Assembly: GCA_900542035.1 (NCBI GenBank)
Contig: UQMJ01000011.1
Span: 4,993-68,992, forward strand
DNA: 64,000 bases
Reading direction: 5' to 3'
From: an uncultured Clostridium sp.
GTDB taxonomy: Bacteria; Bacillota; Clostridia; Lachnospirales; Lachnospiraceae
Shown here: one piece after another, positions 1-8,190 of the stretch
Position numbering within the stretch: the first letter of the stretch is position 1
Layout: every line of letters begins with the position of its first letter
Made by a program: the position numbers and the translations under genes
The notes under the pieces: model-generated
The model's database searches: none
Seen by the model: only the letters and a program-made list of their open reading frames with translations
What the model was told of the DNA's origin: nothing

Positions 1-38
1 ATACTTTTTAATAGCGAAGAGGAGAAGTATAAAGAACT

Positions 39-812
39 ATGAAAATTCTGGTCTTATCTGATATTCATGCAAATATTTGGGCTCTCCAGGAAGTAATAGA
101 GAAGGAAAAAGCATATGATCGGTTGTGCTTTGCAGGAGATATGGTGGATTATGGTATAGCTCCATCACAGGTTATCGAATATTTGAGAAATGTCCCGAAT
201 GCACTACTGGTACAGGGAAATCATGATCTCCATGCAGTAAAAGTTTCGCAACAAGAAGATTTTAGAAATATGCCTGCGAAATTATATAAGTGGATTCATT
301 ATAATTTGGAACGGATGGATAGAGAACAGGTAGAGTATTTGAAGAATTTACCACTTCATCAATATTTTATGGCAGATGGTTGGTACTATTTAATGCAGCA
401 CCAGTATGTACAGGGAAGTTATGATGTGATTGAAAGCAGAAATCAATTTGAACACTATTGGAGGGAATATACCCCTGAAGAGTATTGGGATGCACCAAAA
501 CGCCGTATGATTTTTGGGCATAGTCATAGACAATGTATCCATATTTTGGGTAACAATATGGAATGGATAAATTCGGGAAGCGTATCGTACCGAAGACCAG
601 ATGATCCGGATAAGACGGCACATTACATGGTCATTGAAAATGGAGTGGTAGTAATGAAGCAAATCCCATATAACAGGCAGCCTCTTTATGAAGAAGCGCT
701 TAGGCAAATAGAAGATGGTCGTATGATGGATTCGGAAATACAAGATTTTATGTTCTTTTTTGGAAATGCATCTTCTAGCAGAGAAAAATTGCCATTAAAA
801 AAGAAAAATTAA
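39..812 (+). CDS. metallophosphoesterase (calcineurin-like, YfcE/MJ0936 type)
   Basis: 257-aa ORF with motifs LSDIHAN, GDMVDYG, GNHD and GHSH, typical of the metallophosphoesterase fold. Confidence 0.8.
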   Translation: MKILVLSDIHANIWALQEVIEKEKAYDRLCFAGDMVDYGIAPSQVIEYLRNVPNALLVQGNHDLHAVKVSQQEDFRNMPAKLYKWIHYNLERMDREQVEYLKNLPLHQYFMADGWYYLMQHQYVQGSYDVIESRNQFEHYWREYTPEEYWDAPKRRMIFGHSHRQCIHILGNNMEWINSGSVSYRRPDDPDKTAHYMVIENGVVVMKQIPYNRQPLYEEALRQIEDGRMMDSEIQDFMFFFGNASSSREKLPLKKKN

Positions 813-814
813 AA

Positions 815-868
815 AAGGCAGAACGGAAGTCTTTCTTATCTTAGTTAGACGAAGTTCTGCCTTTTTGT
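815..868. terminator. long imperfect hairpin with flanking A and T runs
   Basis: GGCAGAAC (817-824) pairs with GTTCTGCC (854-861). It is preceded by AAAAAA and followed by TTTTT. Confidence 0.6.
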
Positions 869-941
869 TGAATAATGAAACGTAGTTAGGAGTATTATTT
901 GTAAAATAAGAGTAAAAAGCATGGAAAATTATGTCAAACGC

Positions 942-970
942 TTGACATAATTTACGTCTTATATTATACT
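942..970 (+). promoter_or_regulatory. sigma-A type promoter
   Basis: TTGACA (942-947), a 17-nt spacer, then TATACT (965-970), about 100 nt upstream of the 1075 start. Confidence 0.6.
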
Positions 971-1074
971 GTTTGATAAGCGGAAATGGTAAAAAGACAC
1001 AAAAAAATAGAGAAATATCAGCTAAAATTGTAGGATTAATCGATTGATATATTGCGTGAGAGGAGATAACTGCG

Positions 1075-1947
1075 ATGGAGAAGATATTTTGGGGAACAGG
1101 TTCGGCAGAAGGCCTGCCAAATCCTGTGTGTGGATGTCTGGCTTGCGAAAGAGCAAGGAAATTGAAAGGAAAGAACATTAGGGGTAGGAGTTCTTTTCAA
1201 GTATCAAAGGATGTTTTATTGGATTTTGGGCCTGATTTTGTGAGTCAGGCTCAGAAAAATGGTGGGGATTTGATGGAACTTCGCCATGTGTTAGTCACAC
1301 ATACCCACTATGACCATTTTTCGTCCTTTGCATTGTGTCAGTTTGCTGGAAGTTTTATATTACCAACAGCCCCTGTTACGTTTTATTTTACAGAAGAAGC
1401 TTATGAAATGGCAAATTATCTTTGCCACGATGAAATGCTTTTACATAATGGATTTCAAGAAACTTTAGAAAGCGGAGCAATCAGGTTTGAACAATTAAAA
1501 TTTTTTGAAAAGAGAAAAATTGGAAATTATGTAGTAATTCCACTACCAGGAAGGCATTTTGGTTCTGTAGAAACTCGTTCTGCAAACTATTTATTTCAAT
1601 TGCCGGAAGGAGATGTTCTTTACTATGGAACAGATACAGGCTATTATTTTCCAGACACAATAAACTTTTTAAAAGAATATCAAATTAATCAATTGATTAC
1701 AGAATGTACCTGGGATGAAAAACATCCTTGTAATTTGGAAACAGATAAACACTTATCATTGTTGGCGTTAAGAAAATTATTGGGAGTTTTGGAAGAACAG
1801 GGAACATTAGGCAGGTTTTCAGAGGTATATCTTACCCATATTAGTCACAGCCATACCCGTTCGCATGAAGAATTGGAAAAATTGGTAAATAACTGGACAG
1901 AATTTCCATTCAAGGTTTGTATTGCCTATGATGGCATGAAAATATAA
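1075..1947 (+). CDS. MBL-fold metallo-hydrolase, PhnP-like phosphodiesterase
   Basis: N-terminal GTGSAEGLPNPVCGCLACERAR Cys-rich segment as in PhnP-type proteins. HTHYDH metal motif. RBS GAGGAG upstream. Confidence 0.7.
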   Translation: MEKIFWGTGSAEGLPNPVCGCLACERARKLKGKNIRGRSSFQVSKDVLLDFGPDFVSQAQKNGGDLMELRHVLVTHTHYDHFSSFALCQFAGSFILPTAPVTFYFTEEAYEMANYLCHDEMLLHNGFQETLESGAIRFEQLKFFEKRKIGNYVVIPLPGRHFGSVETRSANYLFQLPEGDVLYYGTDTGYYFPDTINFLKEYQINQLITECTWDEKHPCNLETDKHLSLLALRKLLGVLEEQGTLGRFSEVYLTHISHSHTRSHEELEKLVNNWTEFPFKVCIAYDGMKI

Positions 1948-1973
1948 TCATGATAAAGGAGGATTTAAAATTT

Positions 1974-3320
1974 ATGAAAAAGAATGCGAAATTATTTCTC
2001 GGGACAGCTACAGCAGTGGTAATTGGAACAACTCTTGCGGGATGCTCCAAAGATGCAGAAGTATCTGTAAGCACAGGGACAGAAAGTACTGTTAATAATG
2101 TGGAAGGTTCTGGAGAAACAAAAAATATTCGGATTTGGCTGGCAGATGGCGCGGAGGCAGAATTTTATAAAACTATGCTTGCAGAAATTGATGAAAAACA
2201 TTCAGAATTTACTATTGAATATGAGATTTATCCAAATGATGAACTAATTAATAAACTACAGCTGGCTCCTTCGGTAGGGGATACTCCAGATGCGGTAGTT
2301 GTGGATGGACTTAGGGTTCCACTATTTATGACACAGGATATGATTGCACCGATTGACGGCTACATTAGCGATGAATTGAAAAATGATTTGCTTCCTTCTG
2401 TATTAGCAGAATGCACATACGGAGAACAGCTTTATGGAGTTGCTCAGTTTGATGCAGGATTATCCTTATGGGGGAATAAGTCTATGTTGGAAGATGCGGG
2501 AGTAAGGATTCCTGCTAGTTATACAGAAGCGTGGACAAAAATGGAATTTGAGGATGCCTTAGCGAAATTAAAAGCAAATGGAGTTGAATATCCTTTATAT
2601 ATTCGACAGAATTCACCTAGAACCTTGTATTATACTTACTTGCCTGTAGTAAAAAGCTTTGGTGGTGACGTTATGAATCGGGAAACCATGCTTACAGAGG
2701 GAACGCTGAATAGTCAGGAAACTATAGAAGCATTTTCTTATATTACTTGGCTGATTGATAATCAGTATATTGATCCATTGTGTGATTATGAGGATGGATT
2801 TTACAATAAGAAAGAAAATGCACTTTCTTTAGTTGGACACTGGGCTACTACTGATATTACAAATGCGTTAGGAGAAGATGCAGTTTTGATTCCAATTCCA
2901 GACTTTGGAAATGGCGTATATACAGGTTCTGGCTCTACTGTATGGACAATGACAACTGCTGCTGTAGAGAATGGAAATGCAGAGGAGACCTGGAGTATTA
3001 TTGAGGAAGCAGTATCACCGGAAAATATTGCTGAGATAACAAAGGCCAATGGCGGAATTCCAGCGAGAAAATCTGTTTTAGAAAAAGATGAGCGTTTTGT
3101 GGAAGGCGGACAGCTTTATTTATATAGAGAACAGCTGGAAGCTGGAATCAGTTATTTAAGACCATTAACTCCGGCTCATCAGACAAATTATGATGCAGTA
3201 GAAAGTGCGGTTTCGAATATTCTGTTAGGCGCAGATGTTAAAAGCGAACTTGATAATGCAGCAGCATCTGTAGATGCTATCATTAAGGAAAATGGGTGGA
3301 ATGAATGGTTAAACAAGTAG
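1974..3320 (+). CDS. sugar ABC transporter substrate-binding lipoprotein (CUT1/family 1 SBP)
   Basis: RBS AAAGGAGGA then ATG at 1974. Signal peptide with lipobox LAGC. Length and composition are typical of MalE/UgpB-type SBPs. Confidence 0.8.
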   Translation: MKKNAKLFLGTATAVVIGTTLAGCSKDAEVSVSTGTESTVNNVEGSGETKNIRIWLADGAEAEFYKTMLAEIDEKHSEFTIEYEIYPNDELINKLQLAPSVGDTPDAVVVDGLRVPLFMTQDMIAPIDGYISDELKNDLLPSVLAECTYGEQLYGVAQFDAGLSLWGNKSMLEDAGVRIPASYTEAWTKMEFEDALAKLKANGVEYPLYIRQNSPRTLYYTYLPVVKSFGGDVMNRETMLTEGTLNSQETIEAFSYITWLIDNQYIDPLCDYEDGFYNKKENALSLVGHWATTDITNALGEDAVLIPIPDFGNGVYTGSGSTVWTMTTAAVENGNAEETWSIIEEAVSPENIAEITKANGGIPARKSVLEKDERFVEGGQLYLYREQLEAGISYLRPLTPAHQTNYDAVESAVSNILLGADVKSELDNAAASVDAIIKENGWNEWLNK

Positions 3321-4216
3321 GAAATAAAAAAGGCAGCAAATCTGTTAGACGCCAGGGGTTTGCTGCCCTGGTTTTAGGTGCACCAGCGCTGATTTTAATG
3401 TTTGTCTTTATGCTACTACCATTTATTATGTCGATTGGTTATTCTTTTACAGATAAGATGCTGGTATCGGGAAAAGATAATACAGTGAACTTTGTGGGAT
3501 TCGGTAATTATATAAAACTGTTTACTTCTGAGACCTTTCGACAGGCGTGTTTCAATACTGTATTTTATACAGTTATGATAGTTCCATCAATTCTGGTTTT
3601 GGCAGTACTTTTAGCAGTGCTGATTAATCGGAAAATGAAAGGGATTGCATTATTTCGGATGATTTATTTCAGCCCGCAAGTTGTGACTATGACAGTTGTA
3701 GCAGTTGTATGGGCGTTTATTTATTCGCCAGGAGAAAACGGACTTTTGAATTCTTTTTTAGGATTGTTTGGTATAGAACCCCAGCTTTGGATTAAAAGTC
3801 CGAATCAGGCAATGCCTTCCATTGCAGTCATGTCTATCTGGCAGGCGCTGGGGATGCAGGCAGTTATCGTTCTGGGGGGGCTCCAATATATTTCTCCAGA
3901 TTTATATGAGGCAGGAAAAGTAGATGGATGTAACTCTGTTCAGGAGTTCTTTTACATTACCCTGCCACTATTACGTAATACAATTACATATGTGATTGTA
4001 ACAAATACGATTAGTTCTTTAAGACTATTTACACAGGTATATGTATTAACGAACGGAGGCCCTATGGGTGCTACAAATTCTATTGTATTTCAAATGTACA
4101 AGACGGGATTTAATAACAATCAAGTAGGATATGCATCTGCAATGGCAGTAGTCTTCTGCGGTGCAGTTTTGATTATTTCCATTCTTCAGAATAAATATCT
4201 GGGAGGTGAGGATTAA
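3305..4216 (+). CDS. sugar ABC transporter permease (MalF/UgpA type)
   Basis: Six-TM profile. EAA-loop-like YEAGKVDGCNSVQEFFYITLPLL. The start overlaps the SBP gene end. Confidence 0.85.
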   Translation: MVKQVGNKKGSKSVRRQGFAALVLGAPALILMFVFMLLPFIMSIGYSFTDKMLVSGKDNTVNFVGFGNYIKLFTSETFRQACFNTVFYTVMIVPSILVLAVLLAVLINRKMKGIALFRMIYFSPQVVTMTVVAVVWAFIYSPGENGLLNSFLGLFGIEPQLWIKSPNQAMPSIAVMSIWQALGMQAVIVLGGLQYISPDLYEAGKVDGCNSVQEFFYITLPLLRNTITYVIVTNTISSLRLFTQVYVLTNGGPMGATNSIVFQMYKTGFNNNQVGYASAMAVVFCGAVLIISILQNKYLGGED

Positions 4217-4217
4217 A

Positions 4218-5075
4218 ATGGGAAATAGTATGGAAATCAAGCAGAGAAAGAAAGCAAAACAAGTCCTATTTTATATCCTGTGCATAGCTTTGTCAATTGT
4301 ATTCATCTTCCCGCTTGTCTATATGGTAGTTTCTTCTTTTAAAACAGATGATCAGATAGTGAAAGATATGTCTAGTATTGCGGCATTTATCCCATATGGA
4401 GAATTATCGGTTCAAAATTATCAGGATGTATTTGAAAAACTAAACTTTTTTAAATATTTTACAAATTCTATGACCATTTCACTTTGCTCTGTTGCGATTG
4501 GAACCATTATAAATGCCATGATGGGATACGTTTTGGGAATGCTGCAGTTTAAGGGGAAAAAGTTATTGTTTGCTGCTATTTTAGCCTTTATGATTGTGCC
4601 AAATGAGTCTATCATCATTAATCGCTTTTTAGTGGTAAATAACTTAAATATGGTAAATACGCTGTTTGGTTTAATGGTTCCCTGGCTGGCAATGCCTATG
4701 TATATTTATTTGTTTTATAATCATTTTAGAAGAATGCCGTATGAACTGGTTGATGCAGCGGTAGTAGATGGGGAAAGCTATATAGGAATTTTTTGGAAAA
4801 TTATGTTGCCTTTATCAAAACCTATTTGTGCAACAGTAGCTATTATGATTTATATTCATGCATGGGGAGATTTATTGTGGCCAACGATGGTAACAAGAGA
4901 TGACTCCTTAAGAACGCTTCCGCAGGCGTTGCGTTCATTGTTTCAAAGCGACCAGACATTATGGGGGCAGGTATTTGCTTTTGGTACATTAGCAACTGTT
5001 CCGGTTTTTTTGTTATTCCTTACATTTCAAAAACAATTTGTAGAATCCCTTGCGTCTACGGGAATAAAAGGTTAA
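4218..5075 (+). CDS. sugar ABC transporter permease (MalG/UgpE type)
   Basis: RBS GGGAGGTGAGG then ATG at 4218. EAA-loop-like VDAAVVDGESYIGIFWKIMLPLSKP. Confidence 0.85.
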   Translation: MGNSMEIKQRKKAKQVLFYILCIALSIVFIFPLVYMVVSSFKTDDQIVKDMSSIAAFIPYGELSVQNYQDVFEKLNFFKYFTNSMTISLCSVAIGTIINAMMGYVLGMLQFKGKKLLFAAILAFMIVPNESIIINRFLVVNNLNMVNTLFGLMVPWLAMPMYIYLFYNHFRRMPYELVDAAVVDGESYIGIFWKIMLPLSKPICATVAIMIYIHAWGDLLWPTMVTRDDSLRTLPQALRSLFQSDQTLWGQVFAFGTLATVPVFLLFLTFQKQFVESLASTGIKG

Positions 5076-5115
5076 ACTATAAGAAAGTTTTACAAGATGT
5101 TTGGGAGTGAAAAAT

Positions 5116-6093
5116 ATGGCAACAATTAGTGATGTAGCAAAAGAAGCAGGACTAGCAGTGGCAACTGTATCCAGAATCATGAATAATAGGGGATATATTA
5201 GTGAGGAAGCTAGAAGAAAGGTAGAAGCGGCGGCAGAAAAACTAAATTATAGGCCAAATGAGCTGGCTCGTTCATTGTCAAAGCAGAAGAATAATACGAT
5301 TGGAATTATTGTGCCACATATTGAACACCCGTATTTTGCAAAACTTATTAGTAATATCGAGAAAGCAGCTTCTGACAGAAAGTATAAAATACTTCTTTGC
5401 AATACAAGAGAAGAACATGAAAGAGAGCAGGAATATCTGGATATGTGTGTTAGTAACCGGTTGATGGGAGTGATTTTAGGAAGTCCGGTACTAGAACCAG
5501 AAGCGCTAATAAAATTGAATATTCCCATTATTACAATTGAGAGATATTTGGGACAGGGGACAGCATCTATTGTGTGCGATAATTTTCAAGGTGGAGTTAT
5601 GGCAGCAAACCATTTGATTGATAGGGGGTGCCGGTATCTTATTAATTTCGGTGGAGTAGAGAATAACTCTATGCCAGCAGATGAAAGAGAGGAAGGATTT
5701 CTTCGGACTTGCGAACAACGGAATGTGATTGGACTTTCTGTGAAAAGCAAAGCAAATGAGTATTACATGATGGAATATCACGATTATATAGAGAAAATTC
5801 TGAAAGAACATCCAGAAGTAGATGGGATTTTTGCCAGCAGTGATATTATTGCAGCCCAGGTAATTCAAGTCTGCACCCGCTTGGAGATCGGTATACCTGA
5901 TAAAATGAAGCTGGTGGGATTTGATGATGTGAATGTAGCAGCATTGACTACTCCGACTATCACAACGATTCGTCAGCCAGTTAAGGAAATTGCAGATATG
6001 GCAGTAGACCTTCTGATTAAAAGTGCTCAGGGGGAAGTAATTCCAACAAAGGTAATGCTTCCGGTTAAATTGATAGTAAGAGAGAGCACATAA
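5116..6093 (+). CDS. LacI family transcriptional regulator
   Basis: N-terminal HTH MATISDVAKEAGLAVATVSRIMNN followed by a periplasmic-binding-fold sugar sensor domain. Confidence 0.9.
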   Translation: MATISDVAKEAGLAVATVSRIMNNRGYISEEARRKVEAAAEKLNYRPNELARSLSKQKNNTIGIIVPHIEHPYFAKLISNIEKAASDRKYKILLCNTREEHEREQEYLDMCVSNRLMGVILGSPVLEPEALIKLNIPIITIERYLGQGTASIVCDNFQGGVMAANHLIDRGCRYLINFGGVENNSMPADEREEGFLRTCEQRNVIGLSVKSKANEYYMMEYHDYIEKILKEHPEVDGIFASSDIIAAQVIQVCTRLEIGIPDKMKLVGFDDVNVAALTTPTITTIRQPVKEIADMAVDLLIKSAQGEVIPTKVMLPVKLIVREST

Positions 6094-6116
6094 AGAGTAT
6101 ATAAATAATTATTTTT

Positions 6117-6176
6117 CAAAAATCCCCCAACAAAATCAGAAAAAGTTCGATGGATGATTTTGCCTGGGGGATTTTG
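6117..6176. terminator. bidirectional hairpin terminator between lacI-type gene and sleC 3' half
   Basis: CAAAAATCCCCCA (6117-6129) pairs with TGGGGGATTTTG (6165-6176). There is an inner AAAATCA/TGATTTT pairing. Confidence 0.6.
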
Positions 6177-6188
6177 ACTTAGATGAGT

Positions 6189-6578
6189 TTACGGATTCAA
6201 TTCTGCAATTCCCGTAACCGCCACATAAATATGGGAAATCCGGTACCAGGTGGCAAAATCCACGACGCCGGTCTGAGGCATACCAAAAATTGACTGGAAT
6301 TCTCGGACGGCTCGGGCTGTAGCAGGGCCGTAGATGCCGTCAACGGTAACATCCGGAATCGCAGTATAAACGGTGGCAATGGCGTCTAACTGTTCCTGCA
6401 GCTGCCGTACCTTGCTTCCGGAAGAACCAATGGTCAGGTCGTAACCTGGCCAGGATGCCGGAATGCCGGAGATTTGTTCCGCTGTATTGACATACATATT
6501 ATCCCCGTAAAAGTGCCGGATAATTTCAATGGGACTGTATCCCTGTTCGCCCAAAGACATAGAGCCCCACTGGGTCAT
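6189..6578 (-). CDS. sleC: spore cortex-lytic enzyme SleC-like, C-terminal segment (3' half of a split gene)
   Basis: Begins MTQWGSMSLGEQGY and ends with a PG_binding_1-like DGIYGPATARAVREFQSIFGMPQTGVVDFATWY. It continues the upstream ORF in frame once 6583-8257 is removed. Confidence 0.8.
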   Translation of the reverse strand: MTQWGSMSLGEQGYSPIEIIRHFYGDNMYVNTAEQISGIPASWPGYDLTIGSSGSKVRQLQEQLDAIATVYTAIPDVTVDGIYGPATARAVREFQSIFGMPQTGVVDFATWYRISHIYVAVTGIAELNP

Positions 6579-7948
6579 CCAAATGGCATCTGCGTATGGT
6601 AATAAATCTGGATTTGGTTTTCTTCTTTTTTATATACGATTTTTTCTACCGACTGTTTTAGGGCGGTGTTTTTTTCTTCCGTGGTAAAATCCGGAGCAAT
6701 CAGCTGGCTGTAAAGAGAAGGAAGGGCAGGTTCCAGTTCTTTTAGCACCATAGGGACGATTACACGTTCGGATACGTAACAATTTTTGGAACAAGACCCT
6801 TTCAGATAGCCGCTGCACTGAAAGGAAAAGGTATCCGGCATGGTTTTTCGCCTGCGTCTGCAGGAAGAAAGGCTTTTTCCGCAGCGGGGACATTTTAATA
6901 TGCCGCCCAGCCAGTGATGGACCAGCTGGCTGGGTTTTGCGTAAGGGAGAGAGCGGGAAGTTTCTTCTGCCAGTCGTTTCTGGACATTTTCAAAAAAATC
7001 CCTGGAAACAATGGCCGGATGGTGCCCGTCGGCCAGAATCCAGTCAGAAGCGTCCCGCACAAGTCCGGTTTTGCTGTCTGTCCGGTTCCAACGGATAATT
7101 CCAGCGTAAAGGGGGTTTTGGAGAATATACTTCACAGCTCGGGTTTCAAAAGGATTTCCCAGAGCGGTACAGATTCCCTGGGCATTCAGTTTTCTGGCAA
7201 TTTCAAAAGGATTTAAAGATTCAGAGCCATACCAGGAAAAGATTTTTTGGACTGTCTGGGCTTCTGGCGGATCAAGTTCTAACTGGCCGTTTACACTGGA
7301 AATCCGGTATCCAAACGGAGGACGGCTCTGGTAGCCGCCGCGGAGCGCTTTCTCTGTCATGCCGCGGCATACGTCTCCGGACAGGCGGATGGAGTAAAAT
7401 TCATCCATCCATTCAATGATTCTCTCAATCAGGCTGCCAAAGGGGCCGTCAATGATTGGCTCAGAAATGCTGATTACATCAACCCCGTATTTTCCGCGGA
7501 GCATGGATTTGTATACAATGCTTTCCTCCTGATTTCGGGCAAAGCGGGAAAATTTCCATACCAAAATAGCGTCAAAAGGGTGTGATTCCGATTTGGCACA
7601 GGCAATCATCTGCTGAAATTGGGGGCGTTTTTGGGCTGTTCTTCCGGAAATGCCGTTTTCCTGAAAAATCCAGGGTTCTTCTACTAAAAACTGGTGTTTA
7701 TCCGCATAGTCCAGAAGCAGCCGTTTTTGGGAATCAGGGGAAAGCTCTTCCTGGCTGTGAGTAGAGACGCGGATGTACAAAGCGGCTTTTTTGGTAGGGG
7801 AGAGAAGAGACAAAGAATCACCTTCCCATAAGGATTTATTAATCCTTATGATGGGAAGCCGTTTCCTATGAAACAAGAAAGAAGCTCGCTTGCGAGCTTC
7901 TCTGCCTGCGGTGGGTCGCTTCTGTGACAAAGTTTCCTTCCGCCGCAT
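6575..7948 (-). CDS. large serine recombinase (SpoIVCA/phage-integrase type)
   Basis: Resolvase catalytic segment AALYIRVSTHSQEELSPDSQ, a recombinase domain and a Cys-rich zinc-ribbon segment CPRCGKSL...C. The start is uncertain: ATG 7948 (RBS GAGGA) or TTG 7813 (RBS GGAAGG). The first 45 codons of the long form run through hairpins. The stop TGA at 6575-6577 overlaps the junction core. Confidence 0.9.
   Translation of the reverse strand: MRRKETLSQKRPTAGREARKRASFLFHRKRLPIIRINKSLWEGDSLSLLSPTKKAALYIRVSTHSQEELSPDSQKRLLLDYADKHQFLVEEPWIFQENGISGRTAQKRPQFQQMIACAKSESHPFDAILVWKFSRFARNQEESIVYKSMLRGKYGVDVISISEPIIDGPFGSLIERIIEWMDEFYSIRLSGDVCRGMTEKALRGGYQSRPPFGYRISSVNGQLELDPPEAQTVQKIFSWYGSESLNPFEIARKLNAQGICTALGNPFETRAVKYILQNPLYAGIIRWNRTDSKTGLVRDASDWILADGHHPAIVSRDFFENVQKRLAEETSRSLPYAKPSQLVHHWLGGILKCPRCGKSLSSCRRRRKTMPDTFSFQCSGYLKGSCSKNCYVSERVIVPMVLKELEPALPSLYSQLIAPDFTTEEKNTALKQSVEKIVYKKEENQIQIYYHTQMPFG
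7871..7901 (-). terminator. terminator-like hairpin upstream of the recombinase catalytic domain
   Basis: On the minus strand, AGAAGCTCGCAAGCGAGCTTCT is followed by TTCTTGTTT. Confidence 0.45.
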
Positions 7949-8001
7949 GGCAATCCTCGCAGAGCGTTTTTTATTTTATGGGAAGCCATTTCCCATGAAA
8001 T

Positions 8002-8029
8002 AAAAAAACTGCCGCACCAAATGCGACAG
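8002..8029 (-). terminator. rho-independent terminator of the tRNA-Glu gene
   Basis: On the minus strand, CTGTCGCA-TTTGG-TGCGGCAG is followed by TTTTTTT, 9 nt after the tRNA 3' end. Confidence 0.75.
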
Positions 8030-8037
8030 TTCTAAAG

Positions 8038-8109
8038 TGACCTCATCGGGAATCGAACCCGAGTTTACGCCGTGAGAGGGCGTCGTCTTAACCGCTTGAC
8101 CATGAGGCC
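8038..8109 (-). tRNA. tRNA-Glu (anticodon CUC), no encoded CCA
   Basis: Hand-folded 72-nt cloverleaf: acceptor GGCCTCA/TGAGGTC (one G-U), D arm GTCAAGCGGTTAAGAC, anticodon stem ACGCC/GGCGT with loop CT-CTC-AC, T arm TCGGG-TTCGATT-CCCGA, discriminator A. It closely resembles Firmicute tRNA-Glu. Confidence 0.85.
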
Positions 8110-8126
8110 GTATTCAAACCTCGGTT

Positions 8127-8155
8127 ATAATAACATGGATTGCAGAAAAATGCAA
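8127..8155 (-). promoter_or_regulatory. sigma-A promoter driving tRNA-Glu
   Basis: On the minus strand, TTGCAT, a 17-nt spacer, then TGT-TATTAT (extended -10). An A/T-rich tract lies upstream. The -10 lies about 18 nt upstream of the mature tRNA 5' end. Confidence 0.65.
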
Positions 8156-8190
8156 GCACTTTTTCAAAAAAATTAAAAAATTTAAATTTT

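Noticed and set aside
7972-7980. CATAAAATA on the minus strand upstream of the recombinase matches the sigma-K -10 consensus CATAnnnTA, which could tie excision to the mother cell.
   Set aside because: No AC -35 element lies at the proper spacing, and the match is in an A/T-rich hairpin region. A single short match is too weak to call a sporulation promoter.
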